This document shows positions 55,481-64,000 of a stretch of 64,000 nucleotides of DNA, in pieces; position 1 is the first letter of the stretch; each line of letters begins with the position of its first letter. The notes beneath the pieces are model-generated. The model searched no databases and was not told the origin of the DNA. It was given only the letters and a program-made list of their open reading frames with translations. Origin of the DNA: an uncultured Acidobacteriota bacterium (lineage in GTDB: Bacteria > Acidobacteriota > Thermoanaerobaculia > Thermoanaerobaculales > Sulfomarinibacteraceae). Location: assembly GCA_963823445.1 (NCBI GenBank), contig CAWGLT010000004.1:270084-334083 (forward strand), in the 5' to 3' direction. A program made the position numbers and the translations under genes.

Positions 55481-55530
55481 CTCGGGAATCGGTTTGCTTT
55501 CGATTCGCCGAAAGCAAACCGATTCCCGAG
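55481..55530. terminator. Perfect 22-bp stem / 6-nt loop hairpin between convergent genes (terminator-like, no U-tract)
   Basis: ctcgggaatcggtttgctttcg-attcgc-cgaaagcaaaccgattcccgag lies between the stops at 55477 (+) and 55540 (-). Confidence 0.5.
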
Positions 55531-55539
55531 AAAAGGGAC

Positions 55540-56581
55540 TCATCTCAACTCCCCGATCGGCTTGCTGAGCGAGATGATCTGACCTTCTCGCAGCACCTTG
55601 AGTTCGAGAAGACCGTCATCGCCGAGGGCGTCGATGGCCAGCTCGACCTTGGGTCCGAAGTTCTCGGCACCCACCGGGATTCCCTGGATGGCGAGGATGA
55701 TATCGCCGCCGACGGTGAGTTTCTGGCCCTCGATCTCAGCCCGGTACGAGCCCGGCTCGAGACCGATCTTTGCGGACGCCGATCCCGCCGCCACGCCTTC
55801 GACGAGGATTCCCGCACTCTGAGGCAGGTTGAAGATCCTGGCCCATTCGCCCTTGATCTGGAACCCGTCGATTCCGCTCCAGAAGGGCTTTTTCTCGAGC
55901 ATCTCGGTCCGAGCCATGTTCGAGGTCACGACGAATCCCAAGCCCTGGGAACCGCCGGACTGGGAGAAGATGTGGCTGACCACCCCGATGGCTTCGCCAT
56001 CCATGTTGAACATGGGACCGCCGGAGTTGCCCTCGTTGATGGCGGCGTCGGTCTGGAGAAGTTCAACCGGCTCGATGCCGCCAAAGAGGTCTTCCGGTGT
56101 GCGGCGGGCGCTCACGTGTCCGACGGTCAGGGTGTTGGCGTAGTTCCTGGGTGCGCCGATGATGAAGACCTCGTCGCCGACGCGAACAAGGTCGGAATCG
56201 GCCAGGACCACGGGTTTGACGGCGTCGGGTACGCTCTCGGCCTGCAGCAGCGCGACATCGGCGTTGGGGTTCGACGATACGATCCTGGCCTTGCTCACCT
56301 CACCGGTCACCCAGCGGATGGCGACATCTTCGGCCATCTGGACGACGTGAGAGGCGGTCATGACGAGGCCGTCCTCGGAGACCAGGAAACCTGAACCGAG
56401 CCCGCCGCTCCGCGTTCTCCTGGCGGGGCCCTTGTCCGCGATGGTCTCCTGGATCGTGGCGATCTCCACCACGGATGGACCGACCCTCTCATAGAGATCG
56501 GCGAGGGTCGCCCTGGCGATCCGCCGCTTCCGCCGAGATCGAGAAAGCGCAACAGACCGCAAGGCTGATCAGTGGTTTCAT
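55540..56581 (-). pseudogene. HtrA/DegP-type serine protease with PDZ domain. One +1 frame disruption near 56521 separates the signal peptide from the mature part.
   Basis: The catalytic triad contexts TASHVV, DVALL and GNSGGP are intact in ORF 55540..56562. The signal peptide MKPLISLAVCCAFSISAEAA is in another frame and starts at ATG 56581, which forms an ATGA overlap with the corrected EthD stop. Confidence 0.7.
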
Positions 56582-56947
56582 CGGCGGATGGCCACGTCCT
56601 CGGCGGCAAAGAAGAACGCCGAGTTCTCGAGGTCGATAAACTCGGTTTGGAGCTTTTGCAGATCCGCCATGAGACTCTTCCCGGGTTCGCGGCTCAGGGC
56701 TTCGATGGTCCGAGGCGCATTGGCGATCGAGAAACTGCGCCACCCCGTCATAGGGCTCCGACGTGCCCCGCGAGAGCATCACCTGGAGGTTCTCCTCGAC
56801 ATTCAACGTGGTGCAGAAGGTGAGACCCTTGGCGTTCATGGCCTCGGCCAGTTCGGTTGCCCTGGCCTGGTAGGTCGTCCAGAATTGGCGAAACTCCTGG
56901 ATCGAAAGTTCCGGTTTTTTTCGGATGCACTGGATGAACTTGATCAT
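56578..56947 (-). pseudogene. EthD domain protein with one +1 frame disruption near 56731
   Basis: MIKFIQCIRKKPELSIQEFRQFW...DGVAQF is in one frame. It continues as SIANAPRTIEALSREPGKSLMADLQKLQTEFIDLENSAFFFAAEDVAIRR* in the next frame. GGAGGGAG lies upstream of ATG 56947. Confidence 0.6.
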
Positions 56948-57016
56948 GGCTCTCCCTCCGGAGACTCTGGCGGGCGGCTTTCGACGGGGAGATTGTATCG
57001 CAGGCCGGAAACGATC

Positions 57017-57620
57017 CTACCCGCCGAAGTGGATCATGACGCCTGCGTTGACGGTGTACTGCCAAATGATCGAGGTGTCGGGGTAGCCGATGCAGATACC
57101 CCTCGGAGCAGGTGATGGGATCCGATCCGGTGGAGATCCCGAAGATCCGGCCATCGAAGCGAAAACCGAGATGGTCGGAGACCACCATCTTGACGCCGCC
57201 GCTGAGGGACCCGGAGAATCGGGTGTCGCTGTCGCCGCCGACAACGAACTTCGAGGCGCCGAGAGAAATGCCGATATAGGGGTTGACCGGCCGGTTCGGG
57301 GCGTACTGGTGGATGGCGCCGATCTGGAAGTGATCGACGGTGACTCCCACCGGCGGATCCGTTCCGCGATTGAGGTCGGTGTCCTGGCGCGAGTAGTAGA
57401 TCTCGACCTGCTCGAGATCGGTGACGCTGAAATCGAGCAGGAGACCCCATGTCGGGTTCTGGTCGAGATCGCGGGTGATCGGTTCGTCGCCGGCCTCCTC
57501 GAGTTCGCCGCCGAACTGATAGCCCACGAAAGGCGTGATCTCGATCTGTTGCGCCTCGGTCCGGACCGCCGCTGCCAGAACGAGCGCCACGAGCATGCCG
57601 GAGAAGAGAATTCGTTTCAT
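57017..57620 (-). pseudogene. Outer-membrane beta-barrel protein (OmpW/porin-like small barrel) with one +1 frame disruption near 57100
   Basis: MKRILFSGMLVALVLAAAVRTEAQ signal peptide with alternating beta-strand pattern. The C-terminus ICIGYPDTSIIWQYTVNAGVMIHFGG* (terminal aromatic-x-G barrel-like end) is in the next frame. Confidence 0.6.
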
Positions 57621-57796
57621 GAGCTTCGGGTCCCCTTCAATCGCACCCTCAGACGTGGAAGCTGAGTTGCTGTGAAGATACACCATCCTGCTCGGGTATT
57701 CGTCCTGTGCCGTGGGTGGGGCCGGCGCACGGGCCGGCGCCGCTTGCTATGATGACGCGACGATTCAATTGCTGCGATTCCCAAGGAGGCAGATAC

Positions 57797-58141
57797 ATGA
57801 AACGGTTTTTGATTCACTGGCTCGTTATCGCCCTGGCGCTTTGGGTGACGGCCTGGGTCCTCCCGGGAGTCAACGTCGACTCGACCCAGGCTCTCGCCAT
57901 CGCCGCCATCGTGCTCGGTCTGGTCAACGCCCTGATTCGTCCGGTACTGACCATCCTCACGCTGCCGATCACGATTCTCACCCTCGGACTTTTCTACCTC
58001 GTGGTCAACGGACTCACCTTCTGGCTTGCGGCAATTGTCGTGCCTGGATTCCATGTGAACGGCTTCTGGTGGGCGGTGCTCGGGGCCCTCGGGGTCAGCA
58101 TCATCTCGTCCTTCGTCGGGATGTTCACCGGCGAGGATTGA
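57797..58141 (+). CDS. Phage holin family IV / DUF360 membrane protein
   Basis: ORF 57707..58141. ATG 57797 follows AAGGAGG. MKRFLIHWLVIALALWVTAWVLPGV...LVNALIRPVLTILTLPITILTLGLF matches the DUF360 pattern. Confidence 0.8.
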   Translation: MKRFLIHWLVIALALWVTAWVLPGVNVDSTQALAIAAIVLGLVNALIRPVLTILTLPITILTLGLFYLVVNGLTFWLAAIVVPGFHVNGFWWAVLGALGVSIISSFVGMFTGED

Positions 58142-58247
58142 GAGCGGACATCGCCCGGCACGACCTGAAGGTCCCCGGTGTCGTTCGCATTTTTGCGACG
58201 GGGGGGCGATAATAACGAAGGGTCTTGATCCTTGCGGAGGGGTGTTG

Positions 58248-58832
58248 ATGGGTTTCCGACAGTTTCCTTCAGTGAGCGTATGTGTGATCGCGCTGGTGGT
58301 CTTTGCGATTCCTGCGGTGGCCGAGGAAGATCATCCCGAGTCCGGCGAACACTCGAACGCCGCCGAGCACCACGGCGAACAGGCTCACCAATTCAAGAAC
58401 GCCTTCGCTCTCTTTCTCGGTGCGACCAATGAACACGGCCATGGAACCGAGCCGACCTGGGGCATCGAGTACGCGCGTGTCCTGTCGCCGCATTGGGGCG
58501 TCGGCGGGTTGATCGACTATGCCGGCGGCCAGCAGAGAAACACGGTGATCGCGCCGATGGTCGTCTGGAAGCCCTTCGCCGTTGTTGGTTTCGTCCTGCT
58601 CGCTGCTCCCGGCGTCGAGTATCACAACGGGCGCGGAGCCGGCGAGCACCACCTCCTCAAGGCCGGTGCAACCGCGGTCGACGAGGACGAAACCTATTTC
58701 GTCCTGCGGCTCGGAACCGCCTACTATTTTCACGTCGGATCCCGCTTCGGCATCGGACCGACGGTCAATCTCGATCTTGTCGACGGCCACGAGGTCTGGG
58801 TGTATGGCGTCAGTTTCGAGGTGATGTTCTGA
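58248..58832 (+). CDS. Hypothetical exported protein with a His/Glu-rich N-terminal segment and beta-rich body
   Basis: ORF 58242..58832. ATG 58248 follows GGAGGGG. The signal-like VCVIALVVFAIPAVA is followed by EEDHPESGEHSNAAEHHGEQAH. The protein ends in a C-terminal F. Confidence 0.5.
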   Translation: MGFRQFPSVSVCVIALVVFAIPAVAEEDHPESGEHSNAAEHHGEQAHQFKNAFALFLGATNEHGHGTEPTWGIEYARVLSPHWGVGGLIDYAGGQQRNTVIAPMVVWKPFAVVGFVLLAAPGVEYHNGRGAGEHHLLKAGATAVDEDETYFVLRLGTAYYFHVGSRFGIGPTVNLDLVDGHEVWVYGVSFEVMF

Positions 58833-58870
58833 GCGGTCGCACGACGTTTTTCGCCCGATCCACATCGGCT

Positions 58871-60460
58871 GTGCTTCGTGCAACCGCGGCGCCGGGGTTG
58901 ATGCTGATCCTCCTCGCAAGCGTGGCTTCCGCCCAAGTACCCGTCCCGCCGTCCGCGAGCCCCACCTCGACGCCGATACCCGAATCGGGCCCGCCGGTCG
59001 AGGCCGAGTCGAATGAAGAGCCTGCGGTCGAGCCTGAGCCTGCCGACGAGGCCGGATCGACCCCCGAAACGTCGCCGACAGCCGCTGACGAATCCGCGTC
59101 CGGCGATGAAGCGGCGGCGACCCCGATTCCGGATACGGAGTCCGACCAAGAACCAGACGTGGCGGCAGATGCAGCAGCGACACCGCAAGCAAAGAGAGAA
59201 AACGAGATCCCCGAGGAACCCAAGCAGCAGTTCGACCTCAACGCCTACCCCGAAACCGCCAAACAGAAGCCCGGTGAGAAATGGCGGACCTTCAAAGACG
59301 CCGCTCGGGGGCTCCTGGTCTGGGATTTCTTCGACGGCAGGGTGACGATCCGCGGCAGCACCAGGTTTCAGCTCGACGGGACCCTGGCGAAGGCCGACGA
59401 CAAGATGGCGCAGTCGAGCATCGGAGAGCTCGGCCACGGCTTCGACATCCGGCGTTTTTCGCTCTACGCCCAGGGCACCGTCGACCACCATCTGCGCTAC
59501 AGCGTGTCGTTCAACTTCGGGGCGGATCCCGGCTTCGGCGACATCTTCGTTGAAGGCCGCGAACACGGCCTCAACGTCTTCGGCTACCGCGTCGGCCAGT
59601 TCCGCCTGGGCCAGTTTCAGGAACCTTTCAGCTTCGAACGGATGATGAGCAGTTACTTCGTCAATTTTCTCGAACCGTCGCTGCCGGTGTGGACCTTCAC
59701 GCCCGGCAACAACATCGGCTACATGGTCTACGACACCGCCCACCACAAGCGGATGACATGGGCGGTGGGTTTCTTCTCCTGGGGGCAGCAAAACGAGGCG
59801 AACGCTTCAAACTCCGTCCTTTCGGTCACCTCACGGGTCACCTGGCTGCCCGTCTACCGCGACGGCGGCAGGAAGCTGCTTCACATCGGCGGATCGTTCA
59901 GTACCCGCGACCCCAACGGAGACAACCAGTACCGGTCTCGGCCGGAAGCGCGGTTTGTCGATTTCTTTGTCGATACGGGGAATTTCGCGACCTCGAGAAT
60001 CAAGCTCTATGGCCTCGAGTTTGTCGGGGTTCGCGGCCCGTTGTCGTTCCAGGCCGAGTACATCCAGTCCGATGTCAACGGTACCGATTCCGGGAATGCG
60101 AGCTTCTGGGGAAGCTACGTCCAGGTGAGCTGGTTTCTCACCGGCGAGCACAAGTCATACGACACGGGGCTGGCCACCTTCAGTCGGGTGGTGCCGAAGC
60201 AAGCGAGCCGGGGGATTTTCAGGAAGAGGCCGGGCGGAGCGCTCGAGCTGACGGGCCGCATCTCCAACGTCGATCTCAACGATGGCGGCATCACCGGCGG
60301 CGAGATGATCGATATCAGCTTCGGAGTCAACTGGTATCTCAGCAGCACCTCCGCGCTCAAGTTCAATTTCATCAACTCCAACGTCCAGGACAAGGGACGC
60401 GCCAACATCCTCTCCTTGCGATACCAGTTCCGGCCGCTGCCGGTTCCCGGTTGGCGATAG
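58871..60460 (+). CDS. Phosphate-selective porin O/P (OprO/OprP) family outer-membrane porin
   Basis: The 3' part of ORF 58493..60460. GTG 58871 gives the signal VLRATAAPGLMLILLASVASAQ. An acidic Pro-rich linker precedes IRRFSLYAQG, FQEPFSFER and ALKFNFINS.. motifs reminiscent of Porin_O_P. The start is uncertain. Confidence 0.65.
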   Translation: MLRATAAPGLMLILLASVASAQVPVPPSASPTSTPIPESGPPVEAESNEEPAVEPEPADEAGSTPETSPTAADESASGDEAAATPIPDTESDQEPDVAADAAATPQAKRENEIPEEPKQQFDLNAYPETAKQKPGEKWRTFKDAARGLLVWDFFDGRVTIRGSTRFQLDGTLAKADDKMAQSSIGELGHGFDIRRFSLYAQGTVDHHLRYSVSFNFGADPGFGDIFVEGREHGLNVFGYRVGQFRLGQFQEPFSFERMMSSYFVNFLEPSLPVWTFTPGNNIGYMVYDTAHHKRMTWAVGFFSWGQQNEANASNSVLSVTSRVTWLPVYRDGGRKLLHIGGSFSTRDPNGDNQYRSRPEARFVDFFVDTGNFATSRIKLYGLEFVGVRGPLSFQAEYIQSDVNGTDSGNASFWGSYVQVSWFLTGEHKSYDTGLATFSRVVPKQASRGIFRKRPGGALELTGRISNVDLNDGGITGGEMIDISFGVNWYLSSTSALKFNFINSNVQDKGRANILSLRYQFRPLPVPGWR

Positions 60461-60554
60461 GGTCGGCCGCAGCAGCCGGCTCGTGAATGAGATCGGGCCG
60501 GGCTCGAGGTCGGACATCATGGGTTTTGCGGCCGGTGAGGTATGATGCGCCGCT

Positions 60555-61907
60555 ATGAGCGACTGGTCTCCTTCTTCGTGGCGTCAACGCCCGGCGAGTC
60601 AGCAGCCGACCTATCCGGATCCGGAACGACTCAACTGCGCCATCGGCGAGCTCTCGTCCCTGCCGCCGCTGGTCACATCGTGGGAGATCGAACGTCTCAA
60701 GTCGCAACTCGCCGAGGCCGCCGAGGGACGTCGATTCCTCCTTCAGGGCGGCGCCTGCGCCGAGCGTTTCGACCAGTGTTCGGCGGCCGTCATCACCAAT
60801 AAGCTCAAGGTTCTCCTGCAGATGAGTCTGGTGCTGACCTTTGGCCTCAAGCGCAGGATCATCAGGGTGGGCCGTTTCGCCGGCCAGTACGCCAAACCGA
60901 GGTCTTCGGACATGGAGACCCGCGATGGGGTCAGCCTGCCGTCCTACCGCGGCGATCTCGTCAACGGGCCCGACTTCACCGAAGCCGACCGCATCCCCGA
61001 CCCCGATCGCCTGCTGCGCGGATACCAGACCTCGGCGCTGACCATCAACTTCATCAGATCGCTGGTCGAGGGTGGTTTTGCCGATCTCCGCCACCCCGAG
61101 TACTGGGATCTCGACTTCGTCGAGCACTCGCCGCGGGCCCTCGAGTACCAGGCGATGGTGCAGTCGATTTCGGACTCCATTCGATTCATGGAGGTTCTTG
61201 CCGATTCAAAAGCCGGCGAGATCAGCAGGGTCGACTTCTTCACCAGCCACGAGGGTCTGCATCTGCCCTACGAAGAGGCCGTGACCCGGCAGGTGCCTCG
61301 TCGTCAGGGGTGGTACAACCTGGGGACGCATTTCCCCTGGATCGGAATGCGGACCTGCGAGATCGACGGCGCCCACGTCGAGTACTACCGGGGCATCCGC
61401 AACCCCATCGGGGTCAAGATCGGGCCGGGCATGACGCCCGAGTGGCTCACCGAACTTATCGAGATCCTCGATCCCGACGACGAACCCGGGCGCCTGACCC
61501 TGATTCACCGATTCGGCCACGGCAAGGTGACCGACGGGCTGCCGCCGTTGATCCGGGCGGCCGAGGCGAGCGGTCGCCGCGTGGTGTGGTGTTGCGATCC
61601 CATGCACGGCAACACCGAAACCACCTCCGAGGGAATCAAGACCCGGAGGTTCGACAACATCATCGGTGAGGTGGAGCAGAGCTTCGACATCCACCACGAG
61701 ATGGGTTCGTATCTCGGCGGCATTCACTTCGAGCTCTCCGGCGACAACGTCACCGAGTGCGTCGGCGGGGCGCGGGGGCTCGCCGAGGCCGATCTTCGTC
61801 GCGCCTACGAGTCGCGCGTCGATCCACGACTCAATTATGAGCAGTCGTTGGAGATGGCGTTGCTCATCGCAAGGAAAATGGCGATGATGAACGGCAAAGG
61901 TGGGTAG
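60555..61907 (+). CDS. 3-deoxy-7-phosphoheptulonate (DAHP) synthase, class II
   Basis: 450-aa ORF. Has WRQRPASQQPTYPD, LLQGGACAE, GRFAGQYAKPRS and HGNT motifs typical of class II DAHPS. Confidence 0.9.
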   Translation: MSDWSPSSWRQRPASQQPTYPDPERLNCAIGELSSLPPLVTSWEIERLKSQLAEAAEGRRFLLQGGACAERFDQCSAAVITNKLKVLLQMSLVLTFGLKRRIIRVGRFAGQYAKPRSSDMETRDGVSLPSYRGDLVNGPDFTEADRIPDPDRLLRGYQTSALTINFIRSLVEGGFADLRHPEYWDLDFVEHSPRALEYQAMVQSISDSIRFMEVLADSKAGEISRVDFFTSHEGLHLPYEEAVTRQVPRRQGWYNLGTHFPWIGMRTCEIDGAHVEYYRGIRNPIGVKIGPGMTPEWLTELIEILDPDDEPGRLTLIHRFGHGKVTDGLPPLIRAAEASGRRVVWCCDPMHGNTETTSEGIKTRRFDNIIGEVEQSFDIHHEMGSYLGGIHFELSGDNVTECVGGARGLAEADLRRAYESRVDPRLNYEQSLEMALLIARKMAMMNGKGG

Positions 61908-61991
61908 ACGGCTTCGCCGGCGGCCCGGGGCGCAATTCCCTCGCGCCGGCGCGACCCGCTCTTGACAACCGACCCGGGTTTGGAGAAACCA

Positions 61992-63899
61992 ATGATGCTT
62001 CGTCGCCAGCTCGTCACCTCCCTCATCGCTTCGGTTCTGATCGTGGGGTGCGGCGGCGCCGCCGTCGACACCGGTTTGAGCCCGGCGTCGGATTATCGTC
62101 GGTTGCAGATCGATCGGGCCCTCGCAGGTGTGACGGTGGTGGACGGATTGATCGTGGCCGAGCCAGCACCGGCGTTGTCCGCGCCGGAGATCCGGGCGTT
62201 GAGGGACGAGGTCGACGATCTGCTCAACCGCGGGCTCCGAGCTCCTGCCATCGAACGCGCGGTTGCCGGTGTCCGCGGCGCTCCCGATCACGCCGAGATG
62301 TTGACGGCTCTGGGACGCGCCCTGCTGACGACCGGCCGGACCGAGGTTGCCGTGGCCGCGTTGTCGGCGGCGGTGAGGGTCGATCCGGCCAACACCGATT
62401 CGCGTTTCCTGCAGGGTGTGGCTCTGCATCGCCTCGGAGAGCGCGGCCAAGCCGCGGCTGCGTGGCGGGAGGTCATTGAGCTCGATCCGGACCACGGTGA
62501 TGCGCATGGCCTCCTCGCAGCGGCCTCCTGGTTGGATTCCGACCCGGTCGCGGCGGGCGAACACCTCCTCAGGGCCGAGGCTCTCGGCGCGCCGGTGCCG
62601 GCCCAGCTTGCGCAGATGATCGCCACCGGAGAGGCGCAGACGGCGGTTTTTGACCTTCCTCGCGACGGGGCGGCCGATCCGGTGGTCGGCCCACAGGTGA
62701 GGCTCAACCCGACCCTGGGCTCGACGCGGGCCAACGAAACATCGGCGGCGGCCGGGGCTCAGACCGAAGTGGTGGCCGGGTGGAACGACTATGGTTCGGG
62801 GGCCATCCGTACCGGGGTCGCAGTGAGTCTCGATGGCGATCTCTGGACCGATCAGGTGGTGCGCGCCCCGGTCGCGAACCAGTCGGATGTGGAAGGCGAC
62901 CCCATGACCGCGAGCGATCCCCGCACCGGCACGGTGTGGATCGGGGCCATCGCTTTCGGTGCCGATGGAGGTGTGTTCGTCGCCCGCAAGCAGCCGGGCA
63001 CCGACACCTTCGAGCCGTCGGTCACCACGCTTGTCAGCGGTTCGGCGGACAAGGGCTGGATGGCAGCGGGGCCGCGGCCGGGCATGCCCGACACCACCCG
63101 TCTCCACCTCGTCTACAATCTCGGTCTTCAGTACTCGGACGACCTCGGTGACAGCTGGTCCTCCGCAGTACCGCTCGGATCCGGGATCGGCTTTCTGCCG
63201 CGGGTGGGGCCGGATGGAACCGTCTACGTTTCCTACTGGAACTACGGCAACCGCCACATGATGAAAAGGTCCACCGACGGCGGCCAGACCATCACCACGG
63301 TTGGCACCGTGACGACCCTTCTGGATGTCTGGGATGTCAGCTTCTCTCCCCAGATTCCGGGCGACTTTCGCGTGCCCCAGCTTCCGACCTTCGCGGTGGA
63401 TCCTCTCGATGGGACCCTGTTTTGCGTCTATTTCGACACCAGCTCATTCATCGCCGGCGAGTCTGATGTCGATCTCTGGCTGACCCGTTCCGACGACCAG
63501 GGCGTCAGCTGGACTCCTCCGATCGTGATCAGCGAGGATCCGGACCCGGCGGGAGATCAGTTTTTTCCCTGGCTCGAGATCGACGGCGACGGCCGACTCC
63601 ACCTGCTCTATTTCGACACGAGTCTGACGGTGCAGAGCGACGCCGCTTCCAACGCCTGGATCGATGCCTTCTACGCCTGGAGCGACGATCGCGGTGCGAG
63701 CTGGTCAAGGCACCGACTGACGGCGTCGAGCTTCGACTCGGCCCTGACCGATCTCGGCAACGGTCAGTTCATCGGCGACTATCTCGGGATGGCGATGACC
63801 GGCAACCGGGTCTGGCCGGTCTACTTGTCCACCGAATTCGGAGTTCCGGCGGTGTACTCGCACGAAATCACGCGCGGTTTCGCCGATCTTCAGCGATGA
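61992..63899 (+). CDS. Lipoprotein with N-terminal TPR-like region and a BNR/sialidase-like beta-propeller
   Basis: ORF 61962..63899. ATG 61992 follows GGAG. Has the lipobox LIVGC and repeated SxDxGxxW motifs (SDDLGDSW, STDGGQT, SDDQGVSW, SDDRGASW). Confidence 0.6.
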   Translation: MMLRRQLVTSLIASVLIVGCGGAAVDTGLSPASDYRRLQIDRALAGVTVVDGLIVAEPAPALSAPEIRALRDEVDDLLNRGLRAPAIERAVAGVRGAPDHAEMLTALGRALLTTGRTEVAVAALSAAVRVDPANTDSRFLQGVALHRLGERGQAAAAWREVIELDPDHGDAHGLLAAASWLDSDPVAAGEHLLRAEALGAPVPAQLAQMIATGEAQTAVFDLPRDGAADPVVGPQVRLNPTLGSTRANETSAAAGAQTEVVAGWNDYGSGAIRTGVAVSLDGDLWTDQVVRAPVANQSDVEGDPMTASDPRTGTVWIGAIAFGADGGVFVARKQPGTDTFEPSVTTLVSGSADKGWMAAGPRPGMPDTTRLHLVYNLGLQYSDDLGDSWSSAVPLGSGIGFLPRVGPDGTVYVSYWNYGNRHMMKRSTDGGQTITTVGTVTTLLDVWDVSFSPQIPGDFRVPQLPTFAVDPLDGTLFCVYFDTSSFIAGESDVDLWLTRSDDQGVSWTPPIVISEDPDPAGDQFFPWLEIDGDGRLHLLYFDTSLTVQSDAASNAWIDAFYAWSDDRGASWSRHRLTASSFDSALTDLGNGQFIGDYLGMAMTGNRVWPVYLSTEFGVPAVYSHEITRGFADLQR

Positions 63900-64000
63900 T
63901 TTCGAGTCGGGCGACACCTCCGGCTGGGCGGCGACGAGTCCCTAGCAGATTCCATCGCATTGGGAGTTGGGTTTCGGGCCCGACGGGGTCTCTGGTTTCG

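Noticed and set aside
57797-58141. Prophage or lysis cassette, suggested by the phage holin family IV (DUF360) gene.
   Set aside because: This is a single small membrane gene with no endolysin, spanin, capsid, tail or integrase genes nearby. DUF360 genes are common chromosomal genes.

Overview
This is a 64-kb, GC-rich (roughly two-thirds G+C by eye), densely coding bacterial chromosomal segment. I call about 57 protein genes and 1 tRNA. The taxon cannot be fixed from the sequence; the outer-membrane proteins suggest a Gram-negative lineage. All functional calls rest on family motifs recognised by eye in the supplied translations. No database search or folding program was run. Layout: (1) 0-14.6 kb holds divergent operons for a lipid-linked glycan or glycolipid pathway. 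They encode 7 glycosyltransferases, a polyprenyl-phosphate sugar transferase, a FadD-like ligase, KAS III, an enoyl-CoA hydratase, an Sfp-type PPTase and a hotdog thioesterase. (2) 14.6-49 kb is mostly housekeeping: rmlD-like, folE, maeB, ddl, mfd, ribBA, NamZ-like, cysteine desulfurase, PPIases, yhaM-like, fpr, TauE-like, two ECF sigma modules, apaG, mazG, tRNA-Arg, mutT and MEMO/AmrB. (3) 49.2-51.65 kb is a repeat island containing a four-helix-bundle (23S-IVS/Avd-like) gene. (4) 51.7-57.6 kb holds six consecutive genes that each need single-nucleotide frame corrections, 15 in total and all in the +1 direction. (5) 57.8-64 kb holds envelope genes and DAHP synthase. Main items the ORF track does not show: a SelW/Rdx-like selenoprotein with an in-frame UGA (38431-38652, minus strand) downstream of fpr; several interspersed repeat families (GTAG-headed REP pairs, a MITE-like element in 3 copies of which two bracket a divergent GlpX-like gene, 12-nt and 13-nt tandem arrays, heptad-phased intergenic blocks); and a nested perfect palindrome that would sequester the RBS of the four-helix-bundle gene. 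I found no CRISPR array, transposase, integrase, reverse transcriptase or recognisable defence system.
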